NCBI GenBank assembly: GCA_011191985.1
Contig: DUEU01000002.1
Coordinates: forward strand, 11,574-75,573
Direction of reading: 5' to 3'
DNA length: 64,000 bases
Source: Dehalococcoidia bacterium
GTDB lineage: Bacteria; Chloroflexota; Dehalococcoidia; Dehalococcoidales; W111
The translations under genes and the position numbers were made by a program. Shown here piece by piece: positions 28,601 to 37,497 of the stretch. The notes beneath the pieces are model-generated. The model did not search any database. It was not told the origin of the DNA and saw only the letters and a list, made by a program, of their open reading frames with translations. Position 1 is the stretch's first letter, and every line of letters begins with the position of its first letter.

Positions 28601-28733
28601 GGAGCAGATGCCGGACCTGATGCCCAAGGTAATGGACAACCTCATGCCGCATATGATTGGCGATGTGGTCCCGCTGGTGATTCAGCCAATGATAGATTAC
28701 TTGCGAGGAAGCCCCCGAGCTGACAATGGGTAA
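25644..28733 (+). CDS. Fusion oxidoreductase: FAD-linked oxidase (GlcD/D-lactate DH-like), 2x[4Fe-4S] ferredoxin, two CCG domains (GlcF/HdrD-like) and a Met-rich C-terminal tail
   Basis: FAD_binding_4-like ALTPRGSASAGYGG. Cys clusters CSQCGYCVHEC and CTTCELCNLRC. CCG motifs NCCGTP and HCCGS. In the last ~129 aa I count 23 Met. Confidence 0.85.
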   Translation: MGISSKKLRNDLQKMFENCVSFSRLERKLYGHDIAAMPGLVKPFVGNTVPGAVVQPQTEDELVELVKWAGQNGVALTPRGSASAGYGGVLPVRGGVVVDFYRLRAIKSVDKEKQMVTVEPGIVWEKLDKELMKQGLTLRLYPSSYPSATVGGWLAQGGAGIGSFEAGWFRENVLSARVVMPDGSVREFRGDDLDLVSSAEGITGLISEVTLRIKPLEDLEVVAIGCPDAYDLQKMAQEIIEKKLPIWSLVFINPRMAELKNKAPLLEHFEFPVEERVLLPASYIMTLAFRKKDSKAVVDGLTEVMKPCQAELLSERIAEHEWKNRFKIMIVKRLGPSLVPAEVVIPLSSLGDVMAEIEEKIDQPVVKEGVVIREGASGEPEVVILGFIPSDQRRFSYNFVFALSLTVMKIAEKHGGRAYATGLYFAGKAKKIMGGDILSRLKDFKKRVDPKGILNPGKVVNGGAVGGFMSIAQAFEPLIRPLGNRVATRIGERPTRPVRGIPADVAWYAYGCSQCGYCVHECDQFYGRGWESQSPRGKWYWLREYMEGREEWDQFMVDTILVCTTCELCNLRCSASLPIEPSWMKLRGQLIDEEKKMTFPPFEMMAASLNKEGDIWAAYRRNRTDWFPKELWEKHGPSHKAKVAYFAGCTASHVETDIPIAAVRLLDAAGVDFTYAGNKENCCGTPMLVAGKWDVFVETMKKNIAAIKEVGADTVVTSCPACDMMWRQIYPRWAEKLGIDYGIEGKHYSELITDKVKSGEFAFPDSGKKQAVTFHDSCHISRVSSVYDAPRDMIKAIPGVTLKEMEHNREWAHCCGSVLTLIKEPPVAAEIGKSRMDEAVATGAEKLLALCPCCEFQFRVTAEKKNIPIETIDLARFAAETMGYELPDPKPEVQKQWAVFEEMIALMTPAGFAQLMGTMWPELIDAMPLGMGKMMRFMGKIPGSLELMKPLFPVLFPRLLPMMMPKVMPVMLERVGERIPMPDYMREQMPDLMPKVMDNLMPHMIGDVVPLVIQPMIDYLRGSPRADNG

Positions 28734-28798
28734 ACTTATTATCGGCAACGGGAATGCAGAGTATTTTTGGTTCATACTTAATGGGAAGGGAGTGAAAG

Positions 28799-28993
28799 AT
28801 GCCAATTTACGAATACAAGTGTCGAAACTGTAATGAGAAATTTGAAGTTCGTCGCAATCTCCAAGATGAAGAAAAAGAGGTAAAGTGCCCCCGATGTGAG
28901 AGCCGCGACACGCAAAGGGTGTTTTCTCTCTTCAGTAGCGGTTCCTCAGGCAATTTATGCCCGCCAGCACCGTCACGTTTTGGCTTCGGCTGA
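28799..28993 (+). CDS. FmdB-family zinc-ribbon protein
   Basis: MPIYEYKCRNCNEKFEV...CPRCES, i.e. two CxxC pairs and the typical YEY.C start. Confidence 0.7.
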   Translation: MPIYEYKCRNCNEKFEVRRNLQDEEKEVKCPRCESRDTQRVFSLFSSGSSGNLCPPAPSRFGFG

Positions 28994-29398
28994 GGTTGAT
29001 CTGCAGGGAGTGGTTCACTTCAAATAACCCTTCTATTTTTAAATTTGGCAGCAGACAGGTTACCGCTACCTCGGTCCTCTTTTCGTCTCGAAGGCGAGTA
29101 GGTACAACCACAGGCAGTAAAGAACTCACGGGCATTAATACCGAGCACTCGCGTATCATAACTACGATAGTAATCGCTATCAACGCTTTCGGGCAGGGGA
29201 ATATTAACAATATAGTCTTTTCCCGCGAGTGAGATGTTATACTGTCTTGTCGATAAGCAGTCCTGGCTTTATGCCTTTATGGGGGCAGATTAACTTACCG
29301 AATGCTATAATAGGTGTTATAAGTTAATAAATAGTGGTAATAGCTTTTGCGTATGTTAGCATGTTAGTATAAGGACACCCGAATTAATGGGGTGACGT

Positions 29399-31612
29399 AT
29401 GCCAGAAGTAATCAAGAAATCGCACTGTCACTGGTGCCATAACGGGTGTTCTGTTCAGGTTGTAGTCAGGGATGGCCGCCTGATTAAAATTGAAGAGAAC
29501 AAGGATCATCCTGGAGCTGAGATGATCCGTCGTACCGTAGCGTCCTGTTCTAAGGCGCGTAATGCTGCCGAGTTCTACCATCACCCTGGCCGGCTAAACT
29601 ATCCACTCAAGAGGGTTGGCGAACGTGGCGAGGGTAAATGGCAGGAGATCGCCTGGGAGCAGGCGCTCGATGAGATAGCTGGCAGACTTAAGGAGATAAA
29701 GGAGAAATATGGGGCTGAGGCAGTGGGCACCAGCTCTGGCACTGGAAGGACCTTCGATGAATACCGAATACGCTTTTTTAATCTGTTTGGTAGCCCAAAC
29801 AATTGGGGTCAGGGACATATTTGCTATGGCCCGTCCAATATGACAGCCCTGGCAACTACAGGCTATTCTGGTATGGGGTCGTCACCAACTCCAGACACCA
29901 AGTGCTGCCTAATGATTGGTAATAACCCCGAGCAGTCCTGGAGAAGAACCTGGTTTCACATACTGGATTTTAAGAAAAGGGGGGGCAAGCTTGTTGTTGT
30001 TGACCCCAGACGCACCAGGCCAGCAGAGTTTGCTGATATATGGTTACAGCTTAGACCGGGAACAGATGCTGCCCTTCTGCTGGGTATGATAAATACCATA
30101 ATTAGTGAGGGACTCTATGATAAGGAATTCGTCGAAAAATATTGTTACGGCTTCGACAAGCTGGCTGAGCGGGCTCGGGAATATCCGCTGGATAAAGTGG
30201 CCGGGATAACCCGGCTACCCGAGGAGGACATCAGACAGGCAGCGATAATGTACGCAGCGAATAAACCGGCGGTAATCTTGGCCATGGAAGGGCTGGAACA
30301 CAGCCCCAACTGTATAGAGGCCATTCATTGCCGGTACATCCTGCCCGCTATCACGGGCAATTTTAATATCAAGGGTGGTGAGAAGCTTCGTGCCGTCAAG
30401 AGCAAATTGAGGACGGAATATGAGATTTCGCTCCATGACATGGTGCCTTCTGAGCAAAAGGCCAAGCAGATTGGCTCTGACCGCTTCAAGCTCGAAGCCT
30501 TCCCCGGATATGACCTTTGTATGAATTACAGTAAGGCAAAGGTAGCTCGGGACCACGTTTGTTTTGCTCATGCTGGCATGTGCTACGAGGCGATGATTAC
30601 TGGCCAGCCCTACCCTATAAAGGCAGTGATAACCCTTTCCAGTAATCCCTTGGTAACCCAGGCCAATACCAAAAAAGTATATAAGGCATTAAAGAACCTT
30701 GACCTATACGTGGTTATGGATTACTGGATGACGCCATGTGCTGAAATCGCCGACTATGTTCTGCCTGGCGCCAATTGGCTGGAGAGGGAAGACCTGTTCA
30801 ACGTTTGGGATGCCTTTCCTAACATTGACGTTGGTGAAGTAGCCATGCCTCCCAGAGTAGCCGGTAAACATGACCGTAGGACTGACTATGATTTGTGGCG
30901 CGGTCTTGGTTTGAGACTGGGACAGGAGGAATACTGGCCGTGGCAGAACCTGGGGGAAGCTCTAAACTGGCGACTGGAACCCTTAGGCCCTACTATTTCC
31001 GATATTATCACCAAATATGGTAGTTATATTAAACCGTCTCAGGAGGAGTACGGCGGGTTGGAGTTTGGGACCCCTACAGGAAAATGTGAGCTATATTCCA
31101 CAGTATTTGAAAAGCTCGGTTATGATCCACTACCACGCTTTTACGAGGCGGCGGAGAGTCCGGTGAGTAATCCTGAACTGGCCAAGGAATACCCTTTTAT
31201 CCTGATTACGGGGGGTAGACATCTTCCCTTCTTTCACTCAGAGCATCGTCAAGTAGACTCCCTACGCCTAGAACATCCTGACCCCGTAGTCCAGGTTAAT
31301 CCAGGGACAGCCGCCGAGCTGGGTATTGAAAATGATGACTGGATTTGGATAGAGAGCCCTCGAGGACGAGTCCGGCAAAAATGCCGCTATTTTGATGGTA
31401 TCGCGCCAGATGTCGTTCACGCCCAACACGGCTGGTGGTTCCCTGAGTTGCCCGGCGAGGAACCATGGCTACATGGTGTCTGGGAATCGAACATCAATGT
31501 CCTCACTTGCGATGATGCGGACTACTGCAATCCTATCAATGGCGGATGGCCGCTCAGGACCCTGATGTGCAAGATTTATAAGTGCCATGTCTACGAGGAA
31601 TCTAAAAAGTAG
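29399..31612 (+). CDS. Cytoplasmic molybdopterin/tungstopterin (bis-MGD, DMSO-reductase superfamily) enzyme, acetylene-hydratase-like subgroup suspected
   Basis: N-terminal FeS motif CHWCHNGC...C. No Tat signal. Candidate metal-ligand Cys in GHICYGP. LVVVDPRRT and LRPGTDAALLLGMIN are typical of the family. Confidence 0.85.
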   Translation: MPEVIKKSHCHWCHNGCSVQVVVRDGRLIKIEENKDHPGAEMIRRTVASCSKARNAAEFYHHPGRLNYPLKRVGERGEGKWQEIAWEQALDEIAGRLKEIKEKYGAEAVGTSSGTGRTFDEYRIRFFNLFGSPNNWGQGHICYGPSNMTALATTGYSGMGSSPTPDTKCCLMIGNNPEQSWRRTWFHILDFKKRGGKLVVVDPRRTRPAEFADIWLQLRPGTDAALLLGMINTIISEGLYDKEFVEKYCYGFDKLAERAREYPLDKVAGITRLPEEDIRQAAIMYAANKPAVILAMEGLEHSPNCIEAIHCRYILPAITGNFNIKGGEKLRAVKSKLRTEYEISLHDMVPSEQKAKQIGSDRFKLEAFPGYDLCMNYSKAKVARDHVCFAHAGMCYEAMITGQPYPIKAVITLSSNPLVTQANTKKVYKALKNLDLYVVMDYWMTPCAEIADYVLPGANWLEREDLFNVWDAFPNIDVGEVAMPPRVAGKHDRRTDYDLWRGLGLRLGQEEYWPWQNLGEALNWRLEPLGPTISDIITKYGSYIKPSQEEYGGLEFGTPTGKCELYSTVFEKLGYDPLPRFYEAAESPVSNPELAKEYPFILITGGRHLPFFHSEHRQVDSLRLEHPDPVVQVNPGTAAELGIENDDWIWIESPRGRVRQKCRYFDGIAPDVVHAQHGWWFPELPGEEPWLHGVWESNINVLTCDDADYCNPINGGWPLRTLMCKIYKCHVYEESKK

Positions 31613-31633
31613 CCGGAAAGGTAAGGTGATACC

Positions 31634-33895
31634 GTGTCTAAAGAGTATCGACATATAGGAAAAGCAACACCGCGGAAGGACGCCCGGGAAATTGTCACGG
31701 GAAAGGCACAGTATATTGATGATATAACGGTACCCAATATGCTCTATGGCAAGATTCTGGGTAGTCCTTATCCCCATGCCAGAATCAAGCATATCGATAC
31801 CGGCAGAGCCGAGGCTTATCCCGGCGTTAAAGCCGTGCTCACCTACCAGGATGCCCCCGACTGGAGGATAGGCACGCCCCGCCACAGACGTTGTCTTGAC
31901 AGCACGTTACATTTCGTGGGCGACGCGGTCGCTTTAGTAGCTGCCGAAACCGCGGAGATCGCCGAGGACGCTCTGGGACTGATAGAAGTGGAATACGAAC
32001 AGCTGCCGGCCGTCTATGACGTCGAGGAAGCCCTGAAACCTGATTCGCCTCAAGTATGTGCTGAATTCCCGGGTAACCTTATCCCACCCGGCGCCTACGG
32101 ACTCGGCCCTAAAGCCCTGCAACAAGTTGTTATGGGTGATGTAGAGCAGGGATTCAAAGAGGCTGACTTTATCGTGGAAGGAACGTGTCTTTATGATAAC
32201 ATCCCCAACCCCCTGCCTCCGGAACCTCCCGGAGTAATAGCTTTCTGGGAAGGGCCCGAAAAAATAACCATCTGGATGGCATCACAGTCCGTACCTATAG
32301 GCAAGACCTTCCTACTGCCGGCACTAGGGCTTATCGATATACGAATTATCGGCACTCATTGCGGTGGTAGCTACGGAACCAAGAACGCCAATCAAATTCT
32401 TGTTCTCTACGCTGCGGCACTGGCAAAGGCAACGGGTAGGCCGGTCAAAGTATATTACACAAAGGAAGAGCACTTTAATACCTTCACGCTACGATTAGGG
32501 TCCCGTATCCGAGGTAAGGTAGGGATGAAAAAAGACGGAACGGTGACAGCACTGGAAGGTGAGTGGTTCGTTGATACCGGCGCCGCTTCAGAATCATCAC
32601 CCCAGCAGGTTGCCGTCGGTTGTGGTGAAGTACAGATCGTGGTCAGGTGTCCGAACTGGAACCTGAAACCCAGCCTTGTATGTACCAACCGGAACCCTTC
32701 AGGGTGCGTTAGGGGTTTTGGTGGACAGGAGCTCAAGAGTGCCTTCCTGCCGGTCTTGGGAATGGCTATGGAAAAGGCTGATATCGATCCGTTAGAGTTT
32801 TTCAAGAAAAACTATGTTAAGGCTGGTGATGGGTTCTATTGGCGGAACGGTGTCTGGGCAGAATTCAGAGGACCGGACTATTCAAAAGCAATGGAGAAAG
32901 GTGCTGAGGTCTTTGGGTGGAAAGATAAGTGGCAGGGGTGGGGCAAACCGACGGCCGTTAATGGCACAAAGAAGGTAGGGGTCGGGGTTGGGGTACATGG
33001 TAACGCCGATGTCGGTGAAGATGAGTCTGAGGCATATGTACGATTAACCCCCGACGGCAGGGCCGTGATACATGCCTGCGTATCCGAGTCTGGGCCGGGG
33101 CAGAGGAGCAGTGTCTGCAAAATGGCCGCCGAAGTTTTGAATTTGCCCCTGGAAAGTGTCAACATAACACCCCCGGATACATCGTTAAACCCGTTTGATT
33201 TCGGGCTTGTTGGCTCGCGGGGAACTTACATTTTAGGGGCAGCGGTCATAGCCGCCGCCGAGGACGCCAAGCACAAGCTGTTTGAGCTTGCTGCCCCTGT
33301 ACTTGGGGCAAAGCCTGAAGCTTTGGAGACTAAAGATGGGCAGATATACGTAGCGAACAACCCGAGTAAAAAGATACCGTGGCGGCGAGCAACAGGCCAC
33401 CAGCGCACGTGTACCGGTCAGGGGCGCTGTGTGGAGGACTTTACTTTACCTAATATGATGATGATATTTACCGAAGTTGAAGTAGATACCGAGACAGGGA
33501 AAACGGAATTACTACGCATCGTTGCCACTACCGACTGCGGTCAAATTATAGACCCACTTGTTCTTCAGGGTCAGCTTCACGGCGCTCTAGGGGCGGCGGG
33601 AACAGATACCGCTGTTTTTGAGATATCAGTTTTGGACAAGAACATAGGACGTTTACTGAACGGCAACATGATAGACTACAAATGGCGCACATTTGCTGAC
33701 CTGCCCGAATTTAGGACCGTAATTCTGGAGACACCTTTTCCGAGCCACCGCTTTCATGCCATAGGAGTTGGCGAGGTAGCCACCGCACCGGGACCATCCG
33801 CCGTACTCATGGCAGTATACAATGCAATCGGTACCAGAATAATGTCTTATCCCGTGACTCCGGATAAAATCCTTAAGGCTTTGGGTAGAATATAA
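31634..33895 (+). CDS. Xanthine dehydrogenase / aldehyde oxidase / CoxL-family molybdopterin-binding large subunit
   Basis: GTG start 21 nt after the upstream stop. Hammerhead region GKAQYIDDI..LYGKILGSPYPHARI. Also GGSYGTK and the C-terminal AIGVGEVATAP. Confidence 0.85.
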   Translation: MSKEYRHIGKATPRKDAREIVTGKAQYIDDITVPNMLYGKILGSPYPHARIKHIDTGRAEAYPGVKAVLTYQDAPDWRIGTPRHRRCLDSTLHFVGDAVALVAAETAEIAEDALGLIEVEYEQLPAVYDVEEALKPDSPQVCAEFPGNLIPPGAYGLGPKALQQVVMGDVEQGFKEADFIVEGTCLYDNIPNPLPPEPPGVIAFWEGPEKITIWMASQSVPIGKTFLLPALGLIDIRIIGTHCGGSYGTKNANQILVLYAAALAKATGRPVKVYYTKEEHFNTFTLRLGSRIRGKVGMKKDGTVTALEGEWFVDTGAASESSPQQVAVGCGEVQIVVRCPNWNLKPSLVCTNRNPSGCVRGFGGQELKSAFLPVLGMAMEKADIDPLEFFKKNYVKAGDGFYWRNGVWAEFRGPDYSKAMEKGAEVFGWKDKWQGWGKPTAVNGTKKVGVGVGVHGNADVGEDESEAYVRLTPDGRAVIHACVSESGPGQRSSVCKMAAEVLNLPLESVNITPPDTSLNPFDFGLVGSRGTYILGAAVIAAAEDAKHKLFELAAPVLGAKPEALETKDGQIYVANNPSKKIPWRRATGHQRTCTGQGRCVEDFTLPNMMMIFTEVEVDTETGKTELLRIVATTDCGQIIDPLVLQGQLHGALGAAGTDTAVFEISVLDKNIGRLLNGNMIDYKWRTFADLPEFRTVILETPFPSHRFHAIGVGEVATAPGPSAVLMAVYNAIGTRIMSYPVTPDKILKALGRI

Positions 33896-34122
33896 ATAGA
33901 GAGTGTGAATAATTGATTAAGGAAAATTGCGAATTTGTTAGAGGGGTGTTATCAGAAGAGCAGGGGGTGGTACTGAGATACAGGAATACCCGAGGCGGAA
34001 ACTTTAGCAGACCTTAGTCTGGATCACATGTAGTTTGTCTTCCGGCACCGGTAATTACGCCGATGGGACTAACTTAGAAAGTGGTATGGCTAACGGTAGA
34101 AGGTGAGCCCTTAGAATGCGTT

Positions 34123-35409
34123 CTAAGGGTTTATTGGTTTATCAGCTATCCGTATAGCTCGGCTGGCGGGAGGGGCAGTTATAAAGCTAACCATACCAGC
34201 AAAGGCCACACCGGCTGTGGCAAACCAGGCACCCTGATAGCTGCCATAGACATCATATATCCAGCCAGATAGAGGCGGTCCTATCAGGCTGCCGACATAG
34301 GCTACGCCCGTAGCCAGACCAAGGATAGTACCCAACCTGACCCGGCCAAAATATTCCCTTATCAAGGCCACTGACATAGGGACCTGGGACCCGTAACCGA
34401 TGCCGAAGAGAGCGACAAAGACCATGAGCAGCCATATCCCGGCAACATCAACATAGTTATAGATGATTATACCCATGGTAAGCAGGGCCATACCTGTAGC
34501 CGTGACCTGCCTCTTATCAAATATATCTCCGAACCAGCCGGCGCTGAGGCGGCCAACGATAGTCATTAGCGGCAGTGCGCCAGCCACCCAGCCAGAGACT
34601 GTTCGCGGAACACCGATGCTGCTGAGATAGGGCATTACATGGGTCAATACGGCAAGTGCCACTATAAAACTACACACCATGCCGAAGGCGATATGCCAGA
34701 AAACGCGGCTTTTCAAGGCCTGCTTGGCGCTGACATCTACGTCCTCGTATTGCGCCGCTGTCTGGACTTCATCAATGTCTATGGTTTTGCTTACCTCGCC
34801 ATCAGGTAAATAGCCATGCTGCTCCGGCCGGTGCCGCACTATAAGCGCCAGCGGAAAGATAACGGCCCACGCCCCCAGGCCAAAAATTACCATGGCTATC
34901 CGCCAATCATAAGCATCGATAGCCCAAGTTATCAGCGGGACCAGAATTCCCCCGGCAGCGACACCACTCACCACAATACCGGTGGCCAGAGATACCCTTT
35001 TGCGAAACCAGTTCCCCGCCACCGTCATCGGGACAACACCGACACTAACGCTTATGGCAGTGCTTACCAGTATGAAAGAACCGTAGAACATGGCCAGGGA
35101 GCTGGTACGGCTCAGCAGTAATAAGCCGATACCCATGATGGTAGCCCCGGCGAAAATTAGCTTCCTTGGCCCCCAGCGGTCAAGAAGAAAGCCCACCACG
35201 GGGGCCATCAGGCCCGATTCCAGGCCGCGTATTGAAGCCGCAAAGGAGACCAGGGCATAGCTCCAGTGGAACTCCTCTACTATCGGCTCAATAAGCGCCG
35301 TGAAACCGAGATTCACGACTCCGGAACAATAAACCGAAATCAAGAAACAGGCGCCGACAATATACCACCCGTAGAATAACCTTAAGTGAGGTCGCTTTGA
35401 ATCGGTCAT
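34123..35409 (-). CDS. MFS transporter (oxalate/formate antiporter-like)
   Basis: 428 aa, about 12 TM, with MFS loop motifs. Confidence 0.8.
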   Translation of the reverse strand: MTDSKRPHLRLFYGWYIVGACFLISVYCSGVVNLGFTALIEPIVEEFHWSYALVSFAASIRGLESGLMAPVVGFLLDRWGPRKLIFAGATIMGIGLLLLSRTSSLAMFYGSFILVSTAISVSVGVVPMTVAGNWFRKRVSLATGIVVSGVAAGGILVPLITWAIDAYDWRIAMVIFGLGAWAVIFPLALIVRHRPEQHGYLPDGEVSKTIDIDEVQTAAQYEDVDVSAKQALKSRVFWHIAFGMVCSFIVALAVLTHVMPYLSSIGVPRTVSGWVAGALPLMTIVGRLSAGWFGDIFDKRQVTATGMALLTMGIIIYNYVDVAGIWLLMVFVALFGIGYGSQVPMSVALIREYFGRVRLGTILGLATGVAYVGSLIGPPLSGWIYDVYGSYQGAWFATAGVAFAGMVSFITAPPASRAIRIADKPINP

Positions 35410-35497
35410 GTGATATTCTCTGCTTCAAACAGCCCAGACTATAAGAGTATTCAACCCATAAATCCGAGGCTGGCTCAAAATAATTGGCAAACAAGTG

Positions 35498-36598
35498 TCA
35501 GATAGGTATCGGAGTGGTAAGCGGAAACTCGTCTCTTTCGATCATTTCTATGAGAAGGTTTTCAATAGCTTCATCCGACGAACATTTATAGAAAGGCGGT
35601 GAATCCATAAAGCCAGCCGGGCCTCTTAGCGTCTTAAACTGGTCTTCGTACTTGCTCAGCTTCTTTACTGTGACATCACCCTCTTTAATTGCTTCGACAG
35701 CGACCTCAGCGGCATAACGTCCGGAGACAATGGCCGGCAATATTCCTATCAAAAGGGCGGCACTTCCGGCAAGGATCAGGCCGTCCTCCACGACCTTGTT
35801 TAGTCCTATTCCCAGGTCCGAGGGATGACTCCAGCCTGCCATTCGGACTGGAACGGCGTCTCTTAGTTTTCTAGAAATCACATAGTTACCAGATTTAACC
35901 TGCTCAAACTCGGCCAGCGACATAAAATCTATTGTGCAGGATACATCATCACGAGGGCAAATACCGGTCCAACCTCTTTTGATGAAAGCTCCAGTATGCC
36001 ATTCAAGGACATCAGGCTCGATATCTCTCACCCTGGCTAGCTCAAGTGTAATGCCACCTATAAATGTTTGCTCAGCCCTTATTAGCCCCTGCCACCTGGG
36101 GGTACCTTTCTGCGCGGCATGGATACCGTCGGCACCTATCACTATTTTCCCGTACAAAGTTGGCGTGGTGTTTGAGTTAGTGGTAACGCCGATAACCCTC
36201 CCATTTTGCTTTAGCAAACCAGTAACCCGTGTATTAAGCCTGAGGTCAGCACCGGCGTTGACTGCCTGCCGGGCCAATTCCCGGTCAAACTCGTCTCTTC
36301 GGACCAGATAGTCAGCCGTTCCTGCTACCGATAGTTCTTGTACTACTTTTCCACTCGGAGCGAAGACGCGCTCCAAACGATATTCTGTTAATACCACGCT
36401 TTGATGCATTTCTCTGATAATATCTTCGTAAAGTTCTGGTCTTGTCGTCCTATGAAGTAGTCCCCAGCAATGCTCAGGGACCCCAACTATGGTATGCTCT
36501 TCTAAAAGGATAGCTTTGAGCCCTCGTTCGGCCACTACCTTGGCCGCTGCCGACCCGGCCGGCCCCGCGCCGACAACGATTACGTCATATTCGTTCAT
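35498..36598 (-). CDS. FAD-dependent oxidoreductase, geranylgeranyl-reductase/FixC-like family
   Basis: N-terminal YDVIVVGAGPAGSAAA dinucleotide motif. 366 aa. Confidence 0.8.
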   Translation of the reverse strand: MNEYDVIVVGAGPAGSAAAKVVAERGLKAILLEEHTIVGVPEHCWGLLHRTTRPELYEDIIREMHQSVVLTEYRLERVFAPSGKVVQELSVAGTADYLVRRDEFDRELARQAVNAGADLRLNTRVTGLLKQNGRVIGVTTNSNTTPTLYGKIVIGADGIHAAQKGTPRWQGLIRAEQTFIGGITLELARVRDIEPDVLEWHTGAFIKRGWTGICPRDDVSCTIDFMSLAEFEQVKSGNYVISRKLRDAVPVRMAGWSHPSDLGIGLNKVVEDGLILAGSAALLIGILPAIVSGRYAAEVAVEAIKEGDVTVKKLSKYEDQFKTLRGPAGFMDSPPFYKCSSDEAIENLLIEMIERDEFPLTTPIPI

Positions 36599-36831
36599 TT
36601 TAATTCTCCCCCGATGGTTAGCTACCCAACAACCGTCTCTGTTTTAATAATAAATGGTATTTCATGTTTGGAAGTTTGTCAATTCGCCGGTTCAGAACGT
36701 CTGTCCTTAGGCGAAGATATTGAATGAGCAATAGCGGCCGGAGTACAATCATATTCAACCGTATACCCCTGTTATTTTTCATTTGGAGCACAAGTCTTCA
36801 TTAGTAAAATTGAAAGAGGAGGAATGAGCAA

Positions 36832-37401
36832 ATGGCCCAGGGCAAATACGCGAAATATGTTTTCGAGGGACTAAAATCAATATCGCGTTTCACAACTCCC
36901 CAGCGGGAAGGTAAATCGCTCTTTTCCTTCCACTGGAGTGAAGAGACAGGTGTTTGGTACCCAGGCAGTAAGATCTGGGTCGAGGTTAACTTGCATTACG
37001 CACCGGGAGGTGTTTTCTGCGGGGGCCAGGAAAGGATAGAAACAAAAGGGGAGAAAGCCGGACAAGTGATAGGTATCTCCGTGCCACACCGTCACGCTGT
37101 AGACGAGGCCTTCTTTTTCTTTGGGACTAACCCTAAAGCCCCCTCTTCTTTGGGTGGTGAAATAGAGTTCTGGCTGGGCCTGGGCGAGGAAGCTGAAAAA
37201 TTTACCTTTACCACAAATACCTGCGTCTATGTGCCAGCCGGCTTAGGACATCTCCCGACACGGGCCACGAAGGTGGATAACCCGGCGCAACCTATCGTCA
37301 TGTTAGTTGTTCACACGGCGACTGACTGGACTCTTGAAGAAGCCTACGATGATAAAGGTGAACCAATATATCCCCCGGGCTGGATAGTAGAGAAAAGATA
37401 A
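36832..37401 (+). CDS. Hypothetical protein, possibly cupin-fold
   Basis: 189 aa, good RBS (GAGGAGGAA). The His-containing strands VPHRHAVDEAFFFFG and VYVPAGLGHLP suggest a cupin, but this is unverified. Confidence 0.4.
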   Translation: MAQGKYAKYVFEGLKSISRFTTPQREGKSLFSFHWSEETGVWYPGSKIWVEVNLHYAPGGVFCGGQERIETKGEKAGQVIGISVPHRHAVDEAFFFFGTNPKAPSSLGGEIEFWLGLGEEAEKFTFTTNTCVYVPAGLGHLPTRATKVDNPAQPIVMLVVHTATDWTLEEAYDDKGEPIYPPGWIVEKR

Positions 37402-37497
37402 AAAGTTCAATACAGGTTAAGCCTATTTTGTAGTAGCATTACTATCGAAATTCATTTGTATCGAGTCTCTATTAAGTAAGAACTTATTCATTGTGTT

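Noticed and set aside
28932-29268. Overlapping 92-aa (minus) and 91-aa (plus) ORFs, plus an 83-codon ATG-less minus-strand frame (29020-29268) encoding ...GKDYIVNIPLPESVDSDYYRSYDTRVLGINAREFFTACGCTY...
   Set aside because: The two track ORFs overlap each other and the FmdB gene end, and neither has an RBS or motifs. The third frame looks protein-like, but its only canonical start codon is an internal GTG that would leave ~40 aa, and I recognise no family. It may be a decayed gene remnant, but I cannot support it as a feature.
29233-29398. Possible Moco riboswitch or other leader upstream of the molybdopterin enzyme gene
   Set aside because: I looked for the conserved Moco-RNA-like elements and found only a short direct repeat (atgttagc/atgttagt) and AT-rich promoter-like sequence. 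There is nothing I can defend as a riboswitch without a covariance-model scan.
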